A stretch of 64,000 bases of DNA from Gammaproteobacteria bacterium. GTDB taxonomy: Bacteria > Pseudomonadota > Gammaproteobacteria > SZUA-152. The DNA is taken from NCBI GenBank assembly GCA_021647505.1, contig JAKIUN010000005.1, positions 33,927 through 97,926 on the forward strand. The letters are read 5' to 3'. The position numbers were made by a program, and so were the translations under genes. The notes below the pieces were generated by a model. That model did no database searches and was not told the origin of the DNA. It saw nothing but the letters and a program-made list of their open reading frames with translations. Below are positions 20,216 through 30,951 of this stretch, piece after piece. The first letter of the stretch is position 1; every line of letters begins with the position of its first letter.

Positions 20216-20252
20216 TTCGCAGACAAGCAGGCGTTTTCTGCTGGTCGACTGG

Positions 20253-20290
20253 GACAGGGCACGCTAAGGCGTGCCCTGTTTTGTTTGTCG
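20253..20290 (+). terminator. rho-independent terminator (cagggcacgc...gcgtgccctg tttt)
   Basis: Hairpin plus T-tract directly after PEP-CTERM gene A. Confidence 0.5.
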
Positions 20291-20436
20291 AGTCACAAAA
20301 TACTGCCGGAAAAGGTGTCTATTCCTGCGGCTTGATAGGCTCCTTAGAGAACAAGATGAAAGAAACAGGGTAGCCCTCCAGTGTCGGGATCGGTAGTTGG
20401 AAGATGTTGCATTTCCCGAATTGCGCGGTATTTTAT

Positions 20437-20595
20437 TTACCCTGCCTGGCTAAATGAACGTGACTCGCAACAAAAAAACCAGGCGTGCTTGGTTTTACGG
20501 GCACGATATCCAAGGCCAATCAGTCCAAGGCCGAGTAGGGCCAGGGTTCCCAGCTCTGGAGCCGGTGTGGCCGGTGGGCAGTGACCATTCATGCC
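20437..20595 (-). pseudogene. remnant 52-codon ORF ending in a PEP-CTERM motif (PELGTLALLGLGLIGLGYRARKTK); no signal peptide
   Basis: Translated by hand from the minus strand. It holds a C-terminal sorting motif but nothing of a mature protein. Confidence 0.35.
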
Positions 20596-20734
20596 ACCAA
20601 CACCTGAATCGCCGCTTCTGCAACCGTGTCAGGCACATAACTTTTTGTTTTAATAGGTAGAAGGTTTTCTCTTGCAGCCTCTTGGGAGGGGCGTAAAATT
20701 TTCCGACATGACATTGTGGGGGCGAGTGTCAGTA

Positions 20735-21085
20735 ATCCCGTATCACGAAATAATGATCCATCCGGTGCTGTACACTCACGCCGCGCCGAGGAATGTCGTC
20801 ATCATCGACAGCACCGACCCCATTGGCCCCGCCGAGGGCCTGTTCTCACAGCCCTTCACGACGACGGCCTGCGTGCTATGCGCGGTGCTGGCTGTAACGA
20901 TGTGAAAACCCTGCAATTTCTGCAGATGATCTATCCGTCGGGCTGGTGGTCTGCCACTCTTGCGCGCAAAGGAGAAAAATAGAAGGCTTGCGTGAGGCCG
21001 GCGTGGCCGCTAGGCCCTTCGAGACGAAATACCACAATGCCGAGACTCATCGGGCGGCATTTGTCTTGCCAGTGTTTTTGCGGCA
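20735..21085 (+). pseudogene. speE pseudogene fragment (internally deleted partial duplicate of 18660-19300)
   Basis: Peptides IMIHPVLYTHAAPRNVVII, DSTDPIGPAEGLF, DVKTLQFLQMIYPSGWWSATLARKGEK and IEGLREAGVAARPFETKY match SpeE segments. Reading frames are broken. Confidence 0.7.
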
Positions 21086-21246
21086 GGAAATCTACACTAC
21101 CCAGTTTGTCGGAAAATTTTACACTAATAATCGTTCTTAAATTCGAGAATTTGTAAGGTGCTGATTTGTAAACATTTAATATGCCGGCATAAATAATGCT
21201 TGACTATTGTGCGACTTAAACTTTCAATACTTTCGGGGGTATTATC

Positions 21247-21927
21247 ATGAATATCACTATGAAAGAGTTGCTTGTTTTTTCAGTGCTCAGTACCGCAAGT
21301 GTTTCAGCCCAGGCGGTTGTTATTGACTTTGCGGTGATGGCAAATGGTGCCACAGGTGAAAGTGCGTGGGATAGCCTGAATTTGTCATATGCGGATTTTG
21401 ATGTATCGATTACGAGTACCTACAATGGCGATGCTATCTATGCGTACCTTGACAGGGACACGGGTGGCCTGGGTGCATGCCAGAACCTGAACGCTGCCGG
21501 TAACGCCAATGTCAACACAAGCACCAACAGTGGCGCCAATCTTTGCGCCCCCGGCAATGATGACAATATAACGCTTGGCGAGACCTTGCACTTCGTCTTC
21601 AATACCGATGTCATCATCGATACCATTTGGTTCAACAACTTCCATGATGGCGACAGGAGTTTGCTTGGTGACAGTATTGATATCGATGGATTTACCCATA
21701 CGTTCGCGAATGGTGGTGCAAACATACAATCATTTACAACGGTTCCTTACCTTGTATCTGCCGGGACAATGTTCGATATCGCCTATAATAGCGAGGAGTT
21801 CTATGTTCACGCCATGGATATTTCGGCAGTCACTATTCCGGAGCCTGCCACACTCGCATTAATGGGTATGGGCCTCGTTGGACTTGCGGGTATGCACCGG
21901 CGGGGCCGTACACAAAGTAAAAAATAA
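21247..21927 (+). CDS. PEP-CTERM sorting-domain secreted protein (paralog B)
   Basis: Similar along its whole length to 19538-20215. C-terminal IPEPATLALMGMGLVGLAGMHRRGR. Confidence 0.8.
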   Translation: MNITMKELLVFSVLSTASVSAQAVVIDFAVMANGATGESAWDSLNLSYADFDVSITSTYNGDAIYAYLDRDTGGLGACQNLNAAGNANVNTSTNSGANLCAPGNDDNITLGETLHFVFNTDVIIDTIWFNNFHDGDRSLLGDSIDIDGFTHTFANGGANIQSFTTVPYLVSAGTMFDIAYNSEEFYVHAMDISAVTIPEPATLALMGMGLVGLAGMHRRGRTQSKK

Positions 21928-22083
21928 GCCGTAAAGGCAATTCGCAGGTAAGTAAGAGTTTTCTGCTGGTCGGCGTGGTTGGGGTGCCCTGCTTGGCTAA
22001 ATGTAACCATCATTAAAGTGGCTAACAGATAAAAATCCCTGCATATGGCAGGGATTTTTGTTGCAAACTTACTCCCTCAAAAA

Positions 22084-22200
22084 TCAGGCTTGCTTGGTTT
22101 TGCGGGCTCGATATCCAAGGCCGATCAGTCCAAGGCCCAGCAGAACCAGGGTAGCTGGCTCTGGGACAGATGTGACTGAGCACAGTTACTGTTCTACCAT
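22084..22200 (-). pseudogene. frameshifted remnant encoding a PEP-CTERM C-terminus (VPEPATLVLLGLGLIGLGYRARKTKQA)
   Basis: Hand translation of the minus strand. No in-frame start. Counterpart of 20437-20595. Confidence 0.35.
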
Positions 22201-22254
22201 CAACGCCTGAACCCCCGTTGTTGCTCAGGCTAGAGCAGGCTGTTCCCACAAAGA

Positions 22255-22290
22255 TAAAAAACTCGGTCGCTTGCGGCCGAGTTTTTTATT
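22255..22290. terminator. bidirectional rho-independent terminator (aaaaaactcggtcgcttgcggccgagtttttt)
   Basis: GC stem flanked by A- and T-runs. Confidence 0.5.
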
Positions 22291-22741
22291 TGCACCACTT
22301 GCCCACTTCCTTCTGCGTTGCTTCCAGGCGCTGCTGGATGTCACTGTCGCTGAGATAGCTGCGCTCGCCCTGTTCGTCTATTTCGTAGATGCGGCCGCCG
22401 ATCCGGTAGCCGGCCAGTCTACGCTTTGAGCGTGAGCAGTTGGCTTCACGGGCCTTGCGTTCCTTCTCAGCGGTGGCCTTTTTCTCGGCCTTTTGCTGGC
22501 GTTCTTTCTGCAGGGTAACAAGCAGTTTGTTGGTCTCTTGCAGGGAGTTTCCCGCCGGGAGGGCGTTGCGGCTCGATGGAGGGGCCTTGTGGATATCGAC
22601 CTCTTTGGCCTGTGTGCTGGGCGGTCTTTCACCGTAATGAATATTGCCTTCGCTGTCGGTCCATTTGTAGACCTTCCCGGCGAGGGTGCTGGTGGTGGCG
22701 CAGAGCAGACTGAGGCTGATGATGGCGATAAGTTTTTTCAT
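22286..22741 (-). CDS. DUF4124 domain secreted protein
   Basis: Start at ATG 22741 (MKKLIAIISLSLLCATTSTLA signal). A KVYKWTDSEGNIHYGERPP motif typical of DUF4124, then a charged coiled region. The track ORF extends to 22966. Confidence 0.6.
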   Translation of the reverse strand: MKKLIAIISLSLLCATTSTLAGKVYKWTDSEGNIHYGERPPSTQAKEVDIHKAPPSSRNALPAGNSLQETNKLLVTLQKERQQKAEKKATAEKERKAREANCSRSKRRLAGYRIGGRIYEIDEQGERSYLSDSDIQQRLEATQKEVGKWCK

Positions 22742-22837
22742 GAGGGTCTCGGGAGCGGGGTGAACAGTATTAACCCGACTGAGCGTGACATATATCGCTG
22801 TCGGGTTACAAAAGCATAGCCTGCCGGGCGGGCAAAA

Positions 22838-22862
22838 AAAAGCGGGCGCCTGGAGCGCCCGC
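22838..22862 (-). terminator. rho-independent terminator after amtB (gcgggcgc-ctgga-gcgcccgc, followed by a T-run on the minus strand)
   Basis: Hairpin plus poly-U on the transcribed strand, 65 nt after the amtB stop. Confidence 0.5.
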
Positions 22863-22926
22863 GGAATTGTGTCACATAAGTTTGTATTTTCGACTGCTCG
22901 TTGTAGTGCATCCTGCGGTCTTGTGC

Positions 22927-24225
22927 TTATTTGTTGGTGAACTCCGGATAGGCTTCCATTCCGCACTCGGAGAGGTCGACACCGGTGTATTCGTCTTCTT
23001 CGCTGACGCGCACACCCATGATGGCCTTGATGGCGAGCCAGGTTACGAGGCTGACGCCGAAGACCCAGACGAAGATGGTTACGGCACCCACGATTTGACC
23101 GAGGAAGCTGGCGTCACTATTGGTCAGCGGCACAGCCAGCAGACCCCACAGGCCGACCACACCGTGTACCGAGATGGCGCCGACCGGGTCGTCGATTTTC
23201 AGCTTGTCCATGCCGACGATGGAGAATACCACCAGGGTGCCGCCGACGGCACCGATGAGGCTGGCCATCAGCGGGGTGGGGGTGTCAGGGCCAGCGGTAA
23301 TGGCGACCAGTCCGGCCAGGGCGCCATTGAGGGCCATGGTCAAATCGGCCTTGCCAAACATCAGTCGCGCCATGATGAGGGCGGCGATGACGCCACCCGC
23401 AGCGGCGGCATTGGTGTTGAGGAACACCATCGCCACGGTGTTGGCGCTGGCCATATCGCCCAGTTTGAGCACGGAACCACCGTTGAAGCCGAACCAGCCC
23501 ATCCACAGGATGAAGGTGCCGAGGGTGGCCAGCGGCAGGTTGGCGCCCGGAATGGGGTGAACGGAACCATCGACACCGTATTTACCCTTGCGGGCGCCGA
23601 GCACCAGTACACCGGCCAGGGCCGCTGCGCCGCCGGCCATGTGTACGATGCCGGAGCCGGCAAAGTCGAGGAAGCCGAAGCCGCCTTCTTCAACAGATGC
23701 CGTAAGGCTAAACAGGCCAAATACGTCTCCGCCACCCCAGGTCCAGTAACCTTCCATCGGATAGATGAGACCGGTCATCACCACCGCGAACAGCATGAAA
23801 GACCACAGCTTCATGCGTTCCGCCACGGCGCCGGAGACGATGGACATGGCGGTGGCCACAAAGACCACCTGGAAGAAAAAGTCCGCAGCGTTGGAATAGA
23901 CCGAACTGCCGGCGAAACCGGCCTCGGCAGACTCCTTCAGCGCTGTTGCGGTCAATGCGTCAGCACTGGCGGCGCCATCCAGTGCGATGCCCTCGAGGAA
24001 GATGCCGCCGTCATACATGATGTCGTAGCCGACGATCATGTACATGGTGCAGGCGATGGCGAACAGCGCCACATTCTTGGTAAGAATCTCGGTGGTGTTC
24101 TTTGAGCGTACCAGGCCTGCTTCCAGCATGGCGAAACCGGCTGCCATCCACATCACCAGGGCACCCATTACCAGGAAGTAAAAGGTGTCCATGGCGTACT
24201 GTAATTGAAAAATCTGATTTTCCAT
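22927..24225 (-). CDS. amtB: ammonium transporter AmtB
   Basis: Eleven-TM Amt family sequence. Start at ATG 24225 (MENQIFQLQY...), giving 432 aa. Immediately downstream of glnK. Confidence 0.85.
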   Translation of the reverse strand: MENQIFQLQYAMDTFYFLVMGALVMWMAAGFAMLEAGLVRSKNTTEILTKNVALFAIACTMYMIVGYDIMYDGGIFLEGIALDGAASADALTATALKESAEAGFAGSSVYSNAADFFFQVVFVATAMSIVSGAVAERMKLWSFMLFAVVMTGLIYPMEGYWTWGGGDVFGLFSLTASVEEGGFGFLDFAGSGIVHMAGGAAALAGVLVLGARKGKYGVDGSVHPIPGANLPLATLGTFILWMGWFGFNGGSVLKLGDMASANTVAMVFLNTNAAAAGGVIAALIMARLMFGKADLTMALNGALAGLVAITAGPDTPTPLMASLIGAVGGTLVVFSIVGMDKLKIDDPVGAISVHGVVGLWGLLAVPLTNSDASFLGQIVGAVTIFVWVFGVSLVTWLAIKAIMGVRVSEEDEYTGVDLSECGMEAYPEFTNK

Positions 24226-24247
24226 TGTGACTATCCCCAGGAGTGTT

Positions 24248-24844
<597 letters not shown>

Positions 24845-24900
24845 TCAATTGAGGCGCGCTGGTCAAGCTTGGTCGCTTGTGGTTAGACTGCCTGCCATTC

Positions 24901-25187
24901 GTACACCGTCCGGGTTACATTGATGGGTTCAGCGTTGCTGTGATGCTTTGCAACAAGGCACAACTTGCAGGCAATGGCCGTCGTCCTTGCCAAAAACTGT
25001 ACCAACAGTAGGCGCTTTAGGCGGCGCCGTGGCGGAGCATCACAGCAACGCCCAAAGGGTTGATCTGTCAGCACCCATGACGGCGTTACGTTTCTTGCAA
25101 AGGACTAAGGCCATTTGCTGCGAGACGTGCCTTGTCATGAGCACTGACAGATCAACTAAACCCGCCAATATAACCCGGACGGTGTAC
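24901..25187. repeat. composite element of three imperfect ~85-bp repeat units in alternating orientation (24901-24986 plus strand; about 25030-25100 and 25100-25187 inverted)
   Basis: Hand alignment: gtacaccgtccgggttacattgatgggttcagcgttgctgtgatgc... against the reverse complement of 25100-25187, gtacaccgtccgggttatattggcgggtttag.... A partial copy sits in the centre. Confidence 0.6.
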
Positions 25188-25200
25188 CAGGAGGACTGCC

Positions 25201-25434
25201 ATGTTTGACGCCAAACAACTCGATGAACTGACCCGCAACGTATTCAATATCTTGCCCGCCGGGGTGGGGGATATGCAGCGCGACGTAGAGAAAAACCTGC
25301 ACTCGGTGCTGCAAAGCGCACTGGCCAAGCTGGATCTGGTCACGCGTGAAGAGTTTGAGGTGCAGTCCGCCGTGCTGGCACGCACCCGGCAGAAGCTGGA
25401 AGACCTGGAAAAACGTGTCGCGGTGTTGGAATAA
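25201..25434 (+). CDS. ubiK: ubiquinone biosynthesis accessory factor UbiK (YqiC/BMFP family)
   Basis: 77 aa coiled-coil. A DLVTREEFEVQSAVLARTRQKLEDLEKRVAVLE pattern like E. coli YqiC. Confidence 0.65.
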   Translation: MFDAKQLDELTRNVFNILPAGVGDMQRDVEKNLHSVLQSALAKLDLVTREEFEVQSAVLARTRQKLEDLEKRVAVLE

Positions 25435-25461
25435 GATTAGCGTGTCGAATGTCATCTATTT

Positions 25462-25523
25462 GTGGGAGCGGCTTCAGCCGCGAAGCATGGGTGGTAAAAG
25501 CTTCGCGGCTGAAGCCGCTCCCA
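25462..25523. repeat. REP-like palindrome (25-bp arms gtgggagcggcttcagccgcgaagc / gcttcgcggctgaagccgctcccac)
   Basis: Perfect inverted repeat. The right arm recurs at 7878-7902 inside the 5' end of tmcA. Confidence 0.55.
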
Positions 25524-25589
25524 CTAACTGATACGGATCATTATTATTTAGTCCGTAGGGTGGGTGCTGCCCACCCTACCAAACAAGCC

Positions 25590-25738
25590 CTTTTTACACT
25601 GAACCACCGGCAAGGAATGCTATGTCTCTCGCTATTATCTACAGCCGCGCCCTGGTGGGCATCGATGCCCCGCTGGTGACCGTGGAAGCACATCTCTCCA
25701 ACGGCCTGCCCAGCCTCTCCATCGTCGGCCTGCCCGAT
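25590..25738 (+). pseudogene. duplicate of the comM 5' end (about 30 bp of upstream DNA plus the first ~40 codons, MSLAIIYSRALVGIDAPLVTVEAHLSNGLPSLSIVGLPD)
   Basis: About 93% identical to 47650-47795. It diverges after codon ~40 and is not followed by the rest of the gene. Confidence 0.8.
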
Positions 25739-26158
25739 TTGGCTGTTACCACTCTTTGCAGGAGATAACAGTCAGGCCAAGTTTAGCCGATAAACTTTTC
25801 TTCCAGGTTTGTTTTCCTTCCTCCAGGATGGTTTCTGGCGTCTGAGGAATATTCCAGCGCCGTGTTGGTGGACAGTGACTATCCCCCTCTCTTCTGCGTC
25901 TGCGGTCAGGCAAACGTTCTTTGGGATTGCGTGTTTTTTCGTCTGTGCGAATACCTGAGCGTTACCTCATAAACGATCCGATGATTTTGGGTCGCACCAT
26001 TCATTGTTATTGGCAAGCCTTAAAACGACTCTCGGGATGGGGGGGGGTGGAAGGATACCTTCCATTTGGAGGCTGTTTGCCTTGCCTTTGCTTCCCCTTT
26101 TCCTTGTTGATGTAGTTGGATGGTTTCTAACTATCTGATAATAAAATAATTATTTTGC

Positions 26159-26174
26159 TGGCAAGATCGTTGCA
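26159..26174 (+). promoter_or_regulatory. sigma54 promoter of the membrane-bound hydrogenase operon (TGGCAA-GATCG-TTGCA)
   Basis: Near-consensus -24/-12 element 80 nt upstream of the hoxK ATG. An AT-rich IHF-like tract lies directly upstream. Confidence 0.55.
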
Positions 26175-26253
26175 TTGGATCCTGGTCGAGGTGCGTGGAT
26201 AAAAACCTAAAGTCGCGTGCGCATCTGTCATACCGAACTGGAGGATACCGGCA

Positions 26254-27339
26254 ATGATCGAAACCTTTTACGACGTGATGCGACGTCAGGGCATCACGCG
26301 TCGCAGTTTTCTGAAGTACTGCAGCCTGACGGCGGCAGCCATGGGGTTGGGGCCCGCTTTTGCGCCCAAGATCGCCCATGCTATGGAAACCAAGCCGCGT
26401 ATCCCGGTGCTCTGGTTGCACGGGTTGGAGTGCACCTGTTGTTCCGAATCTTTCATTCGTTCCGCCCATCCCTTGGCCAAGGATGTCATCTTATCGATGA
26501 TCTCGCTGGACTATGACACCCTCATCATGGCGGCGGCGGGTCACCAGGCAGAATCGATTATCGACGAAATTATCGAAAAGTATAAAGGCAACTACATTCT
26601 GGCTTGTGAGGGTAATCCGGGTCTGGATGAAGGCAAGACGGGTGGCATGTCCTGCATCGTCGGAGGTAAACCTTACACGGAGCAATTGAGGCGGGTGGCG
26701 AAAGATGCCAAGGCCATCATTTCCTGGGGGTCCTGCGCATCCTGGGGTTGCGTGCAGGCGGCAAGGCCCAACCCGACCGGTGCTACGCCCATTCACAAGG
26801 TGCCTGACATCGGTGACGCGCCCATCATCAAGGTGCCGGGTTGCCCTCCGATTGCTGAGGTTATGACCGGCGTGGTGACCTATATGCTGACCTTCGACCG
26901 GCTGCCTTCCCTTGATCGCCAGGGACGGCCACTGATGTTCTACAGCCAGCGCATCCACGACAAGTGCTACCGGCGATCGCATTTCGATGCGGGGCAGTTC
27001 GTTGAGAAATTTGACGATGAAGGGGCACGCAAGGGCTATTGCCTGTACAAAATGGGTTGCAAGGGACCCACGACCTATAACGCCTGTTCCACCATCCGCT
27101 GGAATGGCGGCTTGTCCTTTCCCATCCAGGCCGGACATCCGTGTATCGGCTGTTCCGAGGATGGGTTCTGGGACAAGGGCGGTTTCTATGACCGCCTGAC
27201 CAGCATCGACCAGTTCGGTATCGAATCGAATGCCGACGACGTCGGTCTGGCCGCCGTGGCCGCCGTCGGTGTTGGTGTGGCCGCGCATGCAGCGGCTTCC
27301 GCCGTTAAGCGAGCGCAACAGAAGGGGGATCAGGAATAA
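26254..27339 (+). CDS. hoxK: [NiFe] membrane-bound hydrogenase small subunit (HoxK/HupS/HyaA) with Tat signal
   Basis: [19 protein letters not shown] twin-arginine signal, Cys clusters for FeS centres, GGAGGA RBS. Confidence 0.9.
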   Translation: MIETFYDVMRRQGITRRSFLKYCSLTAAAMGLGPAFAPKIAHAMETKPRIPVLWLHGLECTCCSESFIRSAHPLAKDVILSMISLDYDTLIMAAAGHQAESIIDEIIEKYKGNYILACEGNPGLDEGKTGGMSCIVGGKPYTEQLRRVAKDAKAIISWGSCASWGCVQAARPNPTGATPIHKVPDIGDAPIIKVPGCPPIAEVMTGVVTYMLTFDRLPSLDRQGRPLMFYSQRIHDKCYRRSHFDAGQFVEKFDDEGARKGYCLYKMGCKGPTTYNACSTIRWNGGLSFPIQAGHPCIGCSEDGFWDKGGFYDRLTSIDQFGIESNADDVGLAAVAAVGVGVAAHAAASAVKRAQQKGDQE

Positions 27340-29144
27340 TGAGTATCAAGACGACACCCAACGGTTATACCCTCAACACAGGCGGGCAGCGCGTGGTGGT
27401 CGATCCCGTCACCCGCATCGAAGGTCACATGCGTGCCGAAGTGAACATCGACGAAAACAACATCATTACCAATGCCGTTTCCAGCGGCACCATCTGGCGC
27501 GGCCTGGAGGTTATTCTCAAGGGGCGTGATCCGCGTGATGCCTGGGCCTTCGTGCAGCGCATCTGCGGCGTCTGCACCGGCACCCATGCCTTGACCTCGG
27601 TACGTTCCGTGGAAGATGCGCTGGGTATCAATATTCCCGAGAATGCCAATTCCATTCGCAATATCATGCAGCTATCCCTACAAGTGCATGATCATCTGGT
27701 GCACTTTTACCACCTGCATGCACTGGATTGGGTCAATCCAATGAATGCGCTGAAGGCCGACCCTAAGGCAACCTCGGAATTGCAGCAGGAGGTAGCGCCG
27801 CATCATCCCAAGTCTTCGCCAGGCTATTTCCGGGACGTCCAGAACCGGCTGAAGCGGTTTGTCGAATCCGGCCAGCTGGGGCCGTTCAAAAATGGTTACT
27901 GGACTAACCCTGCCTACCTGCTGCCACCCGAAGCGGATCTGATGGCCGTGACCCACTACCTGGAAGCGCTGGATTTCCAGAAAGAGATCATGAAGACCCG
28001 CACCATCTTCGGTGGTAAGGATACGCACCCCAACTGGACTGTTGGTGGCGTGCCCTGTCCCATTAATATGGATGGTGTCGGCGGCGTGGGCGCCCTCAAT
28101 ATGGTGAACCTGAATCAGGTCCATCAGATCCTGAAAGACACCAAGACCTTCGTGGACGACGTCTATTTGCCGGATATCCTGGCGATCGGCAAGTTCTACA
28201 AGGGCTGGATGTATGGCGGCGGCCTGTCCAGCCAGAACATCCTTGCCTATGGCGACATTCCAGACAAGGCCAACGACTATTCGCTGGAGAATCTGATGAT
28301 GCCGCGTGGCGCCATTATCAATGGAAATCTCAACGAAATTCACGAGGTTGACCTGCGCGATCCGGAGCAGATCCAGGAGTTTGTGCCTCATTCCTGGTAC
28401 AAGTACCCAGATGGCGTCAAGGGCCTGCACCCCTGGGATGGCGTCACCGATCCGAATTTTGACGTCAGCAGCGCGAAAGGCAGCAAGCATCACATCGAGG
28501 AGCTGGATGAAAACGCCAGTTACTCCTGGATCAAAGCGCCGCGTTGGCGGGGGCATGCCATGGAGGTGGGCCCCCTGGCGCGCTATGTCATTGGTTACGC
28601 GCAGGGGCATGAGTACTGGAGTGATCAAATCAACCGCTTTCTCAAGGATCTGGATGTGCCGGTGGATGCACTCTTCTCCACTCTGGGCCGCACGGCGACA
28701 CGCGCCTTGGAGGCGCAGTGGGCGGCGGATCAGCAGTTGTATTTCTTCGACAAGCTGATGACCAACATCAAAAATGGCGATTCGTCGACCCATGGTGGTG
28801 AGCTGTGGGATCCTGAGGAATGGCCCAGCGAGGCCAAGGGCGTGGGCTTTTCCGAGGCGCCGCGCGGTGCGCTCGGTCACTGGATCCGCATCAAGGACAA
28901 GAAGATCGAGAACTACCAATGCGTGGTGCCGACCACCTGGAATGGCTCGCCGCGCGATGAGGCAGGCAATATCGGCGCCTTCGAGGCCTCGTTGATGAAC
29001 ACTAAGGTGGAACGGCCGGAAGAGCCCGTGGAGATCCTGCGCACCTTGCACAGCTTTGATCCGTGCCTGGCTTGTTCCACGCATGTGATGAGTGAGGATG
29101 GCGAAGAGTTGACCACAGTCACCACCAGTCCAATCGGTTCATAG
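27339..29144 (+). CDS. hoxG: [NiFe] membrane-bound hydrogenase large subunit (HoxG/HupL/HyaB)
   Basis: N-terminal [10 protein letters not shown] and C-terminal [10 protein letters not shown] Ni-binding motifs, followed by a C-terminal extension (a protease substrate). Start overlaps the small-subunit stop (TAATG). Confidence 0.9.
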   Translation: MSIKTTPNGYTLNTGGQRVVVDPVTRIEGHMRAEVNIDENNIITNAVSSGTIWRGLEVILKGRDPRDAWAFVQRICGVCTGTHALTSVRSVEDALGINIPENANSIRNIMQLSLQVHDHLVHFYHLHALDWVNPMNALKADPKATSELQQEVAPHHPKSSPGYFRDVQNRLKRFVESGQLGPFKNGYWTNPAYLLPPEADLMAVTHYLEALDFQKEIMKTRTIFGGKDTHPNWTVGGVPCPINMDGVGGVGALNMVNLNQVHQILKDTKTFVDDVYLPDILAIGKFYKGWMYGGGLSSQNILAYGDIPDKANDYSLENLMMPRGAIINGNLNEIHEVDLRDPEQIQEFVPHSWYKYPDGVKGLHPWDGVTDPNFDVSSAKGSKHHIEELDENASYSWIKAPRWRGHAMEVGPLARYVIGYAQGHEYWSDQINRFLKDLDVPVDALFSTLGRTATRALEAQWAADQQLYFFDKLMTNIKNGDSSTHGGELWDPEEWPSEAKGVGFSEAPRGALGHWIRIKDKKIENYQCVVPTTWNGSPRDEAGNIGAFEASLMNTKVERPEEPVEILRTLHSFDPCLACSTHVMSEDGEELTTVTTSPIGS

Positions 29145-29165
29145 GTTTTCGAGGAGTATTCAGAG

Positions 29166-29753
29166 ATGAAGACAAACACGATTCGAGTTGTTGTGGCTCT
29201 GGCAGCCAGCGTGGCATCCGGCCTGGCGGCAGCTCACACCGGCGAGCATGAGCTTGGCGGATTCCTCAGCGGCCTGTCCCATCCGTTGATGGGGCTGGAT
29301 CACCTGGCCGTGATGCTGGCGGTTGGGCTGTGGATAGGCTTTCGCGCGCAACGGCAGGCGGGCCAGCTGGTGGCGGCGTATGTGGGATTCCTGGTGCTGG
29401 GGGCGGTCGTTGGTATGTCGGCCCCCATTCTGCCCGGCGTGGAGACCGGTATTGCCGCTTCGGTGCTGGTCGCAAGCCTGTTGATGGCAACGCTGGTGCG
29501 CCTGCCACTGGCGGCCAGCATGCTGCTGGTGGCTGGCTTCGCTTTGTTCAATGGTGCCGCGCATGGTGCAGGAATGCCGCTGGCATCCATGCCCCTGTTG
29601 TACGGACTGGGTCTGTTGTTCGCGAGCGGTGCATTGCAACTGGCAAGTGTCCGGTTGGGCGGTTTGCTGCAGCGTGGCCGTGCTGCGTGGGTGCTGCGAG
29701 GTCTGGGCGTACTGGGCGGTGGTTTGGGTGCCTGGTTACTGTTGGGCGCCTGA
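29166..29753 (+). CDS. hupE: HupE/UreJ family nickel transporter
   Basis: Signal peptide plus the HTGEHE...GLDHL HupE/UreJ signature, six TM helices. Confidence 0.8.
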   Translation: MKTNTIRVVVALAASVASGLAAAHTGEHELGGFLSGLSHPLMGLDHLAVMLAVGLWIGFRAQRQAGQLVAAYVGFLVLGAVVGMSAPILPGVETGIAASVLVASLLMATLVRLPLAASMLLVAGFALFNGAAHGAGMPLASMPLLYGLGLLFASGALQLASVRLGGLLQRGRAAWVLRGLGVLGGGLGAWLLLGA

Positions 29754-29780
29754 TCGGGCGGGCAAAATGGAGAGCAGACG

Positions 29781-30494
29781 ATGACAACTAAACCTGTTGT
29801 AGCGCATTCAGAAGCCGCCGTGTATGTCTATGAGGCTCCCTTGCGGTTATGGCACTGGATCAATGCCCTGAGCATTACGCTATTGGCCATCACCGGCTGG
29901 TTCATCGCCAGCCCCCTGCCCAGCGTGTCTGGCGAGGCTATCGACAACTATGTCATGGGCTACATGCGTTTTGTCCATTTCGCTGCGGCCTACATCTTTG
30001 CGGTCGGTTTCCTGTTTCGCATCTATTGGGCCTTTGCCGGCAACCATCACGCGCGGCAGATCTTTCTGCCAGCCATTTTTGACAAGGATTGGTGGGGAGG
30101 GGTGTGGCACGAACTGAAATGGTACGCCTTCCTGGTCAAGGAGCCGCGCAAGTATATTGGTCACAACCCCATGGCGACTCTGTTCATGCACCTAATGCTG
30201 GTCTGGGGGTCGGTGTTTCTCATTATCACGGGTTTTGCCCTGTACGGTGAGGGTACCGGCATGGATAGTTGGCAATATGCCTTGTTCAGCTCGTGGGTGA
30301 TCCCACTATTCGGGCAGAGCCAGGATGTGCATACCTGGCATCATTTGGGCATGTGGTACATCGTCATCTTCGTCATCATCCATGTCTATGTGGCCATCCG
30401 TGAGGACATCATGTCCCGCCAGAGCATGATCAGCACCATGGTCAGTGGTTGGCGCATGTTCAAGGATGCGCGTGATGTGGAAGACAAGCCCTGA
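29781..30494 (+). CDS. hoxZ: Ni/Fe-hydrogenase b-type cytochrome subunit (HoxZ/HupC/HyaC)
   Basis: Four-TM di-heme cytochrome b with the RLWHWINALSITLLAITG motif. Confidence 0.85.
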   Translation: MTTKPVVAHSEAAVYVYEAPLRLWHWINALSITLLAITGWFIASPLPSVSGEAIDNYVMGYMRFVHFAAAYIFAVGFLFRIYWAFAGNHHARQIFLPAIFDKDWWGGVWHELKWYAFLVKEPRKYIGHNPMATLFMHLMLVWGSVFLIITGFALYGEGTGMDSWQYALFSSWVIPLFGQSQDVHTWHHLGMWYIVIFVIIHVYVAIREDIMSRQSMISTMVSGWRMFKDARDVEDKP

Positions 30495-30600
30495 GCACGG
30501 GGTAGGAAAATCCACGTCGTCTTCGTCCGATTGATTGTCGGTGGTGACTCGGCCTGGCAGCCGCAACCCCTGGCTCAAAGAGCAAGGTTGGGGAGCGACG

Positions 30601-30951
30601 ATGAAATTTACATCCGAGGCATGGCTTAATTTATCCAGCCTGGGCTTGTCCATTCGCGTATTGTTCACTGGCTACCTGCTGGCGGCGGGTTTTGGCCTAG
30701 CCACGGCCGGCGGGCAAATCCTGTTGACGCACGGCATGGCCGATGGAAAGTTCGGGCTGTCCATTGACGATATCGTGTACAGCTATTACGGCAATCGTAA
30801 CAACAGCAAGCTCGATGGCTCGATGCAAGACAAGGCGCCGCCCGAGGTGCGTCTGGAGATGGTCAAATGGGCCTGTAACGGCGCTTCTGAGGCGGAGTGG
30901 GATCAACCGTATCGAACCGTTGTTCGAAGAATACTGCGTGATGTGCCATAG
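30601..30951 (+). CDS. hypothetical small membrane protein (116 aa) embedded in the hydrogenase cluster
   Basis: ATG 30601 after GGGGAG. One TM helix (LSIRVLFTGYLLAAGFGLATAGGQILL). No homolog I recognise in canonical hox/hup operons. Confidence 0.4.
   Translation: MKFTSEAWLNLSSLGLSIRVLFTGYLLAAGFGLATAGGQILLTHGMADGKFGLSIDDIVYSYYGNRNNSKLDGSMQDKAPPEVRLEMVKWACNGASEAEWDQPYRTVVRRILRDVP

Noticed and set aside
20437-20595. 52-codon minus-strand ORF as a genuine mini PEP-CTERM protein
   Set aside because: It has no signal peptide and no mature domain, only the sorting motif. Its twin at 22084-22200 lacks an in-frame start. It is treated as a gene remnant.
22867-24105. 412-aa plus-strand ORF
   Set aside because: It lies entirely antisense to amtB in high-GC DNA. 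It is Gly/Ala/His-rich and low in complexity, typical of a shadow ORF.
24901-25187. 6S RNA (ssrS) hypothesis for the structured element upstream of ubiK
   Set aside because: The length (290 nt) and the three-unit alternating-repeat architecture do not fit the single long hairpin with a central bubble of 6S RNA. It is classed as a repeat mosaic instead.
26491-29084. Minus-strand ORFs of 275 aa and 468 aa
   Set aside because: They are antisense to the well-supported hydrogenase small- and large-subunit genes.
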